Of a DNA stretch of 64,000 nucleotides, positions 52,001 to 62,400 are shown in pieces. The position numbers and the translations under genes were made by a program. The stretch's first letter is position 1, and every line of letters begins with the position of its first letter. Source of the stretch: Scyliorhinus canicula (taxonomy: Eukaryota); the NCBI RefSeq assembly GCF_902713615.1, contig NC_052152.1, forward strand, positions 41,515,810-41,579,809, given 5' to 3'. The notes under the pieces were generated by a model. It was not told the DNA's origin. It did not search any database and was given only the letters and a program-made list of their open reading frames with translations.

Positions 52001-53560
52001 AGGTCTGGATGCACGAAGCTCTCGGTGCTCCCGGAGTCGAAGAGGCACGGCGTCTTGTATCCATTGACCTGAACGGACATCATCGAGCTCCTGAGGTGCT
52101 TTGGACCAAAGTGACTGCGTTGAGTTGCGGGTAGTCAGTGGCTCGATCAGCAGTGCTGGAGTGGCCCCATGATGACTGCCCACGGAGGTCGTAGTCGTCG
52201 AGGTGAACATCGGGTGATGGCCAAGATGGCGGCCCCCGTTGATCGCACATGGCGGGCGATGAGGAAGGTGGATCGCACGTGGTGGGCGGCAAGGAAGATG
52301 GCGCCCAAGATGGCGGCCCCCATGACTCGCACATGGCCGGCCGCGTGGGGGATGATTGCCAAGATGGCGGCCCCGATGAGTCACACGTGTCGGGCGGAGG
52401 CGGAGTCGGCAGACACGCTGCAACATTACGGGGTCTGCTGGCCAGCGAGTTGGGGGAGCGATTGCTGTGGACTGCGAGGGAGTTAGAGGGTTTCGATTTC
52501 GACAGGCATACTTTAGCATAATGTCCTTTTCGAATGCTGCAGGTCGCGTTGTGGGCTGGGCAGTGCTGCCGTGGGTGTTGGGGCTGACCGCAAAAATGGC
52601 ACGCTGGCGCTCCATAGTGGGTGGGTGGCTGCGTGGCGCAGGTCTGGGGCAGTCGCTGGTCGGGGGTCCACGATGGGGTTGCGTGGTCTGCAGGGAATGA
52701 GTTAAGACTTTGAAATGCGACTTCCATTGAGGTTGCTAGCGCTACCGTGTCCTCCAAGTTCTGGGCCCCTTTTTCGAGGAGGTGCTGGCGCACATAATTA
52801 GACCGAACCCCTGCAACGTACACATCACGGACAGCGAGTTCCATATGCTGGGAGGCAGTTACAGCCTGAAAGTTACATTCCCATGCAAGGGCTTTTAGAT
52901 CCCGCAGGTAGTCTTCTAGCGACTCAGCGGGGCGCTGGCGGCGGGTAGCGAAAACATGCCCCGTGTAGACTTTGTTTACAGGCCGGCCGTATAGTCGGTC
53001 GAGCATAGCGAAGGCCTCGGAGTACGAGACGGTACTGTTGAGTTATGTAGAGATGCGATGGCTCACCCGTGCGTGCGGTAGACTGAGTTTCTGTTCATCA
53101 GTAGTAGCGGAGGTCGTCGACGCAGCCAGGTAGGCCTTGAAGCACCGAAGCCAGTGTAGAAAGGTTTCCTTCGCTTCTGCAGCCTGTGGGTTGAGTTCTA
53201 GTCGATGAGGTTTGAGGGCTGATTCCATGGTGGTTTTCTTAAGTCTATTAAATTGATGTGACCATCAATTCACTCGCGACACGATAGGAGGTAAACTGTG
53301 GCTTTAATAGACTTACAACTGAGCCTGCCTGCGACCAGAAGAACTGAGGGCAGACTCACAAGGCTGCAGCACTTTATACTTCCGGTAGTGGGAGGGGCCA
53401 TGGGCGGAGCCATGGGCAGAGCCATGGGCAGAGCCGAGGGTGGAGCCCTGTACATGCTCCTCATCTCCCCCTGTGGGCAGAGCCGGGCAACGGCTCACAG
53501 ACAGAGCCCACAGGGACACAGTAATGTACAGTGTGAATTACGCAATGTACATTCACCACA
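49030..53560 (-). mobile_element. Full-length but defective Ty3/Gypsy LTR retrotransposon
   Basis: LTRs 53254-53560 and 49030-49324 (TG...CA, about 23 substitutions counted by eye plus a 12-bp indel); TSD CCACT/CCATT; PPT at 49325-49335; gag ATG at 53228. Confidence 0.95.
49367..53228 (-). pseudogene. Gypsy gag-pol remnants (gag with CCHC knuckles, protease DSG, RT YLDN, RNase H, integrase)
   Basis: ORFs 53043-53228, 52080-53006, 50722-52083, 49896-50861 and 49367-49801; motifs LFDSGS, VVDYSQTINRF, PYLDNVTICG, ESDAS, VHSDRG, GKVERENA; frameshifts and deletions. Confidence 0.92.
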
Positions 53561-53619
53561 CCATTTCCATCCCACTACCCTCCCCCCCTCCAGTGTTTGC
53601 GCCCGTGGCCAGTAGCCCC

Positions 53620-54507
53620 ACCCCTTACAGTCGGTTAGCCTGAAGGTGATCAGAGCGTCCCATGTGCGTTGGCCCTGGCGCACATGTTGTACCGCCTCCC
53701 ATGCCTGCCTGGACCCCATGTCCTGTAAATCCTCACCCTCCCCCGCATCCTCCTCATTGGACCAGGCCAGACATTCATTCTCCTCCTCCACCATGTCGCC
53801 CCTCTGCTGCACGATGTTGTGGAGGATGCAGCAGGCCACCACGCTACGGGCGACCCTGCCAGCATCACATTGGAGAACCCTCCAGAGGAGTCTAGGCACC
53901 TAAACCACATCTTTAGGATGCTGAAGCATCGCTTGATCACACCCCTGGTCGCTGCGTGGGCATTGTTGTCATGGGTCTCCGCATCAGTCTGTGCCCTCTG
54001 GATAGGCATTTTCAGCCACAATCTCAGTGGAGGACCTGTCACCCAGAAGCCAACCACCAACCGGGGGGCATCTTGAACATGTTCGGAATCGTCGAGTGAG
54101 CCAGGATGAAGGTATCATGCACACTGCCCGGGTATTGGGTGCAGATGTGCATGCTGTGCATTTGATGGTCACACACTAACTGCAAGTTCATTCCCTGGAA
54201 CCCCTTTCGGTTGTTGGAGAGCGGCCTATCATCTGCAGATGCTCGTAGGACGTCATGTATCCCATCGATCACCCTCTGGACTTGGGGCATCTTCGGCGCT
54301 GGCAGCAAACCCCGCTGCCCGGGCAGTCTGGTTGGCTCTGTCTACAATGAAATGGATGTATTGTGCGGACTGGACATACAGGGCCTCTGTGATGTCGCGG
54401 ATGCACCTGTACACCGAGCTCTGTGAGATCTCGGACAGGTCCCCACCCGGCACCTGGATGGACCCTCTGGCGTAAACGTTCTGGGCAACTGTCACCTTGA
54501 CAGGCAC
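53620..54507 (-). pseudogene. Harbinger DDE nuclease (HARBI1-like), frameshifted
   Basis: Motifs across frames: GDLSEISQSSVYRCI, VIDGIH, NRKGFQGMNLQLVCD, YPGSVHD, LLGD, HAATRGVIKRCF..LK..FRCLD, VACCILHN. Confidence 0.88.
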
Positions 54508-56470
54508 CGGGAGCGGATGTTACTCTGCAGAACCAAAGCCAAGGTGAGTGGTCAGCGGGGTGCGCAAAAGATGGCTGCCTTGCAGGCTGCGCCAATAGTG
54601 GTCCATGCCTGGATACCACCCCAGTGCCATGGGGAATCACCCTGGTCCAACCCTGGTCCCTCCATAACCCCCCCCCCCCCGGTCCAGCCAGCCTGGCTAG
54701 AATGTAGCCCGGCAGCCCACGGTCGCGCATCTCCGCGTCCTACCTCCTCCCTCTCCCTCAACAGCCACAGCACCTGTACCTCAATTTTTGAAAGCACAAG
54801 TGAACCTTGCTGTCGGGAATTCCCCCCAGTGAAGGTGGAGAATACCAGGCTAATGATATGCCAACCGCATTTACAGTACTTGCAGAGTGGAACATATTGA
54901 CACACCTTGACACGATTCTCCGCCCAATCGCGTTTCCCGAATCCGGCATCAGCCGGCGGAGAATCCCGCTCCAGTACTTTTAATTCAGAACCAATGAAAA
55001 TTATATCCATTTAACTCAAAGCAGTTACAAACAGCTTTTGATACTGACATTTGTCGATCGGAATAATTTAATTTCATTGCAGTTACCATTCCAGCCCATG
55101 TAAAGCTTCAATAGAAATGGAAGACTGGTCTACTAAATTGCATAGCAACATAATGGGACAGGATTCTCTGGTCCTCGAGCCGCATGTTTCTCACCGACAC
55201 ACCGATTCTCAACTCCCCCTGCTTGTCAATGAGATTTCCCATTGAAGCCACTGCACGCTGCTGGGAAACCTGCGGGAGGGGTGTGCTGGCGGTGGGAACA
55301 GGGAATCTCGACGGCCGGAAAATCCCTGGCCAACATATCTGATTCGGAGAGCACATTTGATTAAATACACAATGATCAAAACCGCAGCTGACTTTCCAGA
55401 AATTAACAAAAATCCAAGAGGCCATTGTCTTGAAAGATTGCATCAAATAAATGAAGCACATATTCTGATAGAATCTGTTGTACCTGATTCAACGTCTGAA
55501 ATAAGAACAGTAAAATTCAAACTCAACATCTGGTGCTGTGCAAGTGTTGCCCCATAACCATAACTGTTCGAATTCTACGCCGACACAGCAAATCTAGCCC
55601 TTTAAAATAAGAATATAAGGGCGTTTTTGGATGTCCCTTGATGTTTGAAGCAATATGCCAACCCCACTGATCTCTCAATATGTTCAGAGAATCATGCAGT
55701 GGTGGAAAAAAATGATACCTAGTGTGAAAATGTTGAATTGCATTTATCTGAAATGATAGGGAGGAAACCTATATCAAGCGGGAGAAAGGACTGGGGCATA
55801 AATAGCAGGTATCCCCTGCTGCAAATAAATAATCAGCACGACAGCCAATTCATGTGTTATTTTGCTGCATCTGCCACTTTTGTGATTCTGTTTCAACTTT
55901 GAAATGAATATTAAGTAGTTGTATCTGTGCGCTGAGATGGTAAGATAAAGAGATCAGATAACTGCACACTGGTGTCACTTTGGAACAATCCTTATCACCG
56001 AAATGTACTTGTGAAATACACACTGCAATGCTGGAGGAGGAAGGAAGTAAACACTGCCATATTACATCACCAGTGCTCTAGTTTTGCCGCAACACTTCAC
56101 AAATGTAGTTTTAAAGGAAAATTTGAGCCCAACACATCGTGTGCATTTCTTCTACGCGTGAACTACCTTCAATGCCAGAACTTTAAAGAGATTCCAGGGG
56201 TTTGCAGGACAGCAGGACTAAGTTAACGGCCAGCCAGTGGTTCCTGCTGCCTTTTCCTTCTTCGGTGAAGATCAAACATCTGGCACTGGAATTCAAAAGT
56301 GTAAGTAGCATGATTTATTTCCTCAATGATTTTTGTGCTTGTCTACCTCAGAGCTAGGTATATGTTGGCACCAGCCCGTCTTCGCTGTAGGCCACACCAG
56401 CTTCAGAGTGAGCATCGAAGAAGTTAGCCATTCCCACTTTTTGCTGGTCATTGGAATGTCACATGTAGTA

Positions 56471-56730
56471 CAGCAAATTTCTGGCCATGGACTATGCATG
56501 GTCCATTAATCGGAATTTAGCGAACAATGCTCTACCTCCAAAATCAGCAGGTCCACTTGATAATGCTTCAGAGAAAAGCAACAAAGATGGTTACAGTTGA
56601 ATTTGCGTTTGTTGGGAGTTTTCATCTTTTTAATTTACTGATATACCTCCTGCTGATTTTGGAGGTAGAGCATTGTTCGCTAAATTCCGATTAATGGACC
56701 ATGCAAAGTCCATGGCCAGAAAATTTGCTG
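56471..56730. mobile_element. Fold-back MITE, about 81-bp TIRs, possibly Tc1/mariner-derived
   Basis: 56471-56551 is the near-perfect reverse complement of 56649-56730; termini CAG...CTG, flanked by TA on the left and TG on the right. Confidence 0.7.
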
Positions 56731-56842
56731 TGGCTTATTTAGCTGTGGCTGTCAAAAAGGGTAACGGATAAGCACCTGAATGGCCAACACGGATGAGTGG
56801 TGTTGCACGTTTTACTATGGGCGTAAAACGCGTTTATTGGGG

Positions 56843-57796
56843 TGTATTAACTTCCAAGTGCTTAACACCACTAGGCTCTGTCTTATGTATTTATTCAGCT
56901 TAGGAGTCGCCAGTTGCCGTATAGACAGCGTCACGAGTATTCCAAGGTCAAGTTCAAAGTAATAAAGACGATACACCGATTAGTAAGGTCCAAACGATAA
57001 TATTTATTATACAGTAATAATAAATATTCATGCACACACTAAGAGACTAAGTTATGACTAAACTAAAGTAATCAGAATACTTATCTAACAGGAACAGGCA
57101 AGGTCAGGGAGCGAGGCCTTCGTCCTGGTCTTGGGCTGCAACCTTCAGCAAGCGTTCTAGTCACTGGGGGTTCTAGCGGGCTTAGTTCGCGTAGCGAGCG
57201 TCGTACTGGCACTTACGGTTCGGCGGCTGGTGCTCAACGGCTGGAGTCAGAGTGGATCTTCAAGTTCTTGGTCAGGGCCGGAGCACGGAATAACAGACCT
57301 TGACCGAAGTTGAGCCGGAGCACGGAAAACAGACCGGACAACACGAGGTCCCTGTCTTTTATAGGGATCCCATTGTCCTTCCCTCTTCTTGGGCGGGCTT
57401 TAACCTTTGGATATCTATTGGGTCAATTCCTCATCGATACTGTTTTAATTCCCCAATGCGAGGGGGTCTCCGTGATGGGGGGGGGGCGTTTCTTATGCCC
57501 TTTTGTTTGGAGGTTTCTGGTGCCTCGATGTCTGGGCCTTGATTCAAATGTGTCCATTCAGAATCAAATGTTTCTATTGTGTGGGTGTTCAGGTCTGATT
57601 GCCTCATTAGCATGCAAAGCGTTTTGCCATTTGCACCTAGCTAAGGTCTTCTCACCTGAGCCCAAACTGGTTTCTGTTACTTGCAGAATGCAAAATGCTC
57701 TCTTTGCAGACTGCTGTTCTGGCTAAACTGTCTGTTTCCCTGCAGACTTAGCGCTTGGCTTATTTTGTAGCTTAGCGTCCATTTTAGGTGGCTACA
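56843..57796 (-). repeat. 3' LTR of the retrovirus-like element (about 950 bp)
   Basis: Begins TGTAGCC right after the PPT AAGGAGGGAA (57797-57806); TATAAAA at 57357-57363; AATAAA at about 57005. Distal end TACA at 56843 is inferred, because the 5' LTR is not in the window. Confidence 0.75.
57352..57363 (-). promoter_or_regulatory. LTR TATA box (TATAAAAGACAG)
   Basis: Preceded on the minus strand by CCAAT-like and GC-box-like motifs in U3. Confidence 0.65.
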
Positions 57797-58159
57797 TTCC
57801 CTCCTTGTGATCCTCACAATCAAAATATTGTGAAGGATCACCTATGTACGTCGCCTTGAGTGCATCTGGGTTGCCTTCTTTGTGTCCCCTGACCTCTTGC
57901 CAGTTCCTGGGCTACTCTATCTTAAACTATGGGAAGAAAATTTTTACCTTACATTTCTACTTGGCGCTATGTCAAAGGGGACATGCATTACCATAAACTG
58001 GGAACCTCTACCTATCACAATTATCCTTAACTTAACTTAAACATTTCCTCACACTCTAAAACCTTAACCATTCACACCACAACATCACATTTCCTAACTC
58101 GGCAGTCGAATATAGGACAATACAATACAGGGTCGAATTTTTATTCATTACACAGTTCT

Positions 58160-58501
58160 TTATTCATCATGGGGCAGAGGGGATTGATGAAATCGGAAAA
58201 TCGGAGATCGAACTCCATAGACGGAAGGGCAAGAACGGGAGGCTCTCCTCTTCCACTTCCTCAACCTGAGGGTCTGTACAAGGATAACGAGGATCGCAAT
58301 CACCAGTAGTGATTCGATTACGTATGACATGGAGTACCATGTCATAAATTTTGTGCACCAGGTCTGAACCTCACTGATCAGAGCTGAGCACTGGGGAGTG
58401 GCTGTAAGGGAAACATTTACTGTGGGGGTTGTGGGGGAAACGTGTCTTGCTTCCACACAAACAGATATAACAGTTAACAACAATAGGTGAGCTTCCATCA
58501 T
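58160..58501 (-). CDS. Small transmembrane protein, 113 aa (signal peptide, short ectodomain, TM, polybasic tail), in the env position
   Basis: Intact ORF from ATG 58501; the second ATG has a strong Kozak context. MMEAHLLLLTVISVCVEA / about 40-aa ectodomain with an NVS sequon and 2 Cys / YVIESLLVIAILVILVQTL / RLRKWKRRASR. Confidence 0.75.
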   Translation of the reverse strand: MMEAHLLLLTVISVCVEARHVSPTTPTVNVSLTATPQCSALISEVQTWCTKFMTWYSMSYVIESLLVIAILVILVQTLRLRKWKRRASRSCPSVYGVRSPIFRFHQSPLPHDE

Positions 58502-59498
58502 CTTCAACTTGGTTTTCCTTCTTTCTTCCTCCTGTATGGACAATCCTTGCTTCGATCCCTGTCTCGTCCTTCGAAAGCTATGGGATCAAGCATAGTATCT
58601 GTCAATACACAGTTTAAGATCTTTACTTGTTAGTGCATCTGTCTTTTATATTCCGATTGACCCTTTAAAAATGACTGGCCAAGTCACACCCTGTGACTCC
58701 CCTCATTTTTTTTTTTCAAAAGCGAATTTGAAGACCAGAATACACCTAACAATCCTTCTTCTGCGACCCGTCTCGCAGGCTTTGCTAGTTTACCATCCGA
58801 ATGTTCCTGGATGTAAATAGCATGTGGGATGGCGGCCTAAGGGCTGCCTAACGAAAAATGAAAACAAAATTTTGAAAGAAACGTCCGAATGAGTTGCGTA
58901 TGGGCCGCTACGGGTACGAGTTGGATGGGGTCCCCGGGTAGGGCGTGCTGTGCCATACCCGAGCTTGGCTGACCAAAGTGGGTTCTCAGACAGGGCGGGT
59001 CCTCAGTGCCATTTGTCCACTGCCTGAGTAACCTGGATTAAAACGGGTACGAATGTGTTAACCGTGACTTGCAGCCTCCATTCGCCGAATAGAGGGGCAC
59101 CTAAAAACAAGGGAGCCAAGATGCTCCTTTTGGGAAATGAGCTGGGCTTCAGACATTTCAGACGATACGGTGAGCTGCTCACCATAGAAGTTCTCAGAGG
59201 TTTCGGCAGAGAAACTATTGTGCGTGTAAGGTGGTCACAAGCCTTACAACTTTGAAAAGATCTCCAATCAAACTGGTGTTTTGGAACCGAAGTTCTCAAA
59301 GGTATCTGCGGACAAACTAACGTGTATGTGAGGTGGTCACAATCTTTTCAGCTGAAAAGAAGATGTCCATCCTCCAGCTGAACCATTTACAGTACTGAGA
59401 CAAAACAAACATAAAACGAAGACAAACATACGTGCAGGTTCCATCAGAAAGGACATCGTTTCCCTCAAACGATTCCTATTTTACATCATCTGGACACC

Positions 59499-62400
59499 TC
59501 ACTTTTCCTCTGTCTCTGTGAACAGGGTCACAAAGGGGTTGCCGTGTCGGGATTCAGACACCGTGTCGTCCTGCTCTCCCGGATCCCACACCCTTGTGTG
59601 GATCTGGCATGATATTTTCGAATTGTGTGACCGGGGGTCACTTTCATCATTGCGGACAAGTCTGTATGAATTGTCCCTGTGCCATAGTGTTGTGTCAAGT
59701 GTGTTGTCGGGGTAGTCGGGGTCGGGTGGTGGGTCTGGGTTTTTAAGGTAAGTGACTTCCATGGGGTCACTGGAGTCGGGGTCGTAGTTGGTGCAGTGTG
59801 GGCTGTATGGCTGTGTGCTGTCGCTGTCCTCAGAGTCAGTGTCTGTCCTGCTGTCTCTGCTGTGGCAGCTTGTGGGCGTTTCGGGGCGTGGTCTGTCGTG
59901 GTCTGTGGGCGGAGTCGTGGGCGAGTCCGTTGATGAACTGGTCTGTGAGGGGGATGGTGGAAAAGTGTCTCTAGTGGGCGGGGTGAAGTGTTCTGCTGCA
60001 TCTAGCAGTACATGATGAGCATGGTTAGACTGTGTTCCATATGCTTTAAGCTGGTTAATATGGAACCACGCGGTCTTCCCATTAGAATATTTTATCCTGA
60101 CAACTGAGGGGCTAATTTTATCCGAAATTGATTATGGGCCGGAATATTTTGGAGCCAAAAAAACTGCTGGGGTTGTAAACAGATAACATTACCTGTTGCC
60201 CAACCTGGAATTCTGTGGGGTGTACGGTCTTATTAAAACAAGCTGTGCGTTGTTGACGGCGTTTGCCTAGCTGAACTGCGGCTGCAATCTGTGCAGACCT
60301 CACAGTCTCAACCAAGTCTTTAACCGTCTTTTCGTGTGTGAGGGCCGTCACTTCGGGGCTGGTCATGTCCAGTCCTAAAAGGAATTCTGTCCCTTTCATA
60401 GGGCGTCCGGTCATGAGTGTGTGGTGTGTAGCCTGTGGAAGTGGAAACAGTGTTCCTTATGAACATGAGTGCAAATGGGAGCACTGAATCCCATGTGGAG
60501 TTATTCTCCTGAACCATTTTTCTAAGGGTAGTTTTTAGAGTCCGATTCATGCGCTCCACAATCCCGCTGGACTGTGGATGATACGCAATATGAAAATTTT
60601 GTTTTATTCCGAATATTGTCAGGACGTTCTTCATGACCCGTCCTGTGAAGTGAGATCCCTGGTCCGAATCAATACTTCGGGGTAAACCCCATCTCGTGAA
60701 GATGTGGTGGGTCAGGATCTTTGCAGTTGTCTTGGCTGTATTTGTTCTAGAGGGGAATGCCTCTACCCATTTGGTGAAGGTGTCGATGACCACCAGAACG
60801 TATTTATAGCCATTCCTACAAGGGGGCAATGGTCCTATGAAATCGATCTGGAGGTTTGTCCAGGGGCCGTTGACTGGGCGAGTATGCCGAAGTTGTGCTT
60901 TCTTAGAATACCTCTCCGGGTTATTCTGAGCACAAATAAGGCAATTCTCAATATAATGTGTGACATCAGTCCTGAGATTAGGCCACCAACAGAGTTGCCT
61001 GAGGTGCCTCGTTGTTGCATCAATTCCCTGATGCCCGTGGTTATCATGGAATAAAGCAATCATTGTATTCCTGTCCTGCTGCGGGACCACATAAAGTTGT
61101 TCCTTTATGATCACACCCTCATGTGTGGTCAGTGCGTGTTTAAAGCTCTCGTACTCTGGCACAAAGTTGCCTTTAAAAACCTCCCGGAGGTCCTTATCCT
61201 GCTTCTGTGCTGCTACAAGATCTTTAATATCTGTCTGTGAGATTTGGACTGTGCTCACAGGGGCGCTAGCTGGTGCGCTAGCTGGGGGGGTCCATAAGTG
61301 TCCTCGCCTGGAACCTGCCTTAGCCAATGCGTCGGCCTTTACATTCCCAGGGGGGGATGACCTATGGTGGCTTCTTACTTTTATTATTCCGAAGGTCCTG
61401 TCCTTCGCTTTTTCTAAAATATGCTGGAGTAGAGGGGCTGATGGAAGGGGTTTCCCGTCTGCGGAGACAAAACCTCGTGTCCTCCACAGGGGCAGAAAAT
61501 CGGTCAAACTGTTGCAGACATATAAGCTGTCTGAATATATGTCTGCTGGGCTGGGGAAAGAAGCGGGGTGGTCCACTATATACGCTATGGCCGCGAGCTC
61601 TGCTGCCTGCGCGCCTAAGTGACCTGGTAGTTTTAGAGCGATTTCTTCGAGAGCGCGCCCCTGCGCGTCCTCTACATAGATGCCGCATCCTGTGATACGC
61701 TCACCATTTAAAACTGTGGAGGAACCGTCCACGTAAATCCTCAGGGGTCCACACGCGTCTGTGGGTTGGGGACTTTGTTTTGGGTTCCCTATCTTCCTGG
61801 GGGGTGTTTTTGCGATAAAGGGTCCTGTGTTATGCAGGGGAGCTACAATTTCACAGTCATGGGGCTGTCCTGGGTATTGGAGGTTGTCTGCTAAATATGT
61901 GTGTGTGCGGGTCCGTTTTACTGTAATGTCCCGTCCTTGTAAGAGTAGTGTCCATCTAGCTGCCCTAATCTGGCTAACTGAACCGTCCTTCAGTCGACCG
62001 TCTAGGAGTAGCTGTGTGGGTGTGTGTTCGGTCAGAATAGTAATGGGGTTGAGTCCGGTAATGTATGAGAAGTATTGTACTGCCCAGAAGACAGCAAGGA
62101 GGTGCCTCTCACAGGCAGAGAATCCTTGTTCTACCGGGTCTAACAGTCGGGAGGCATAAGCCACTGGTCTTAGCTGCTCGTGCCGTTCCTGAAGCAACAC
62201 GGCCGACAGGGTCAGATCGGTGCTCGCTACCTCTATTGCGTAGGGGGAAAGTTGGTCTGGGACTAGCAGCGCGGGTGCTGCGCTAAGGGCTCGTTTTAAC
62301 TCTCCCACAGCCTCTGTATGCTGCGGAAGCCATTCCCAGGGGGCTCCTTTCTTAAGGAGGTCTGAGAGTGGGGCGGCTTTTGTCGCGAATCCGTCGATGT

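Larger units (their letters stand above)
47187..54971. mobile_element. PIF/Harbinger DNA transposon (defective, two convergent genes) with a Gypsy element inserted between the genes
   Basis: Imperfect TIRs TGGCAAAATTCTCCG / CGGAGAATCCCGCTC, candidate 3-bp TSD CAG, nuclease remnant on minus and Myb/SANT-like remnant on plus. Confidence 0.72.

Noticed and set aside
59528-60001. 157-aa alternative-frame ORF overlapping the integrase tail
   Set aside because: C/A-rich, stop-poor sequence; the frame continuous with the integrase GPY module explains the region better.
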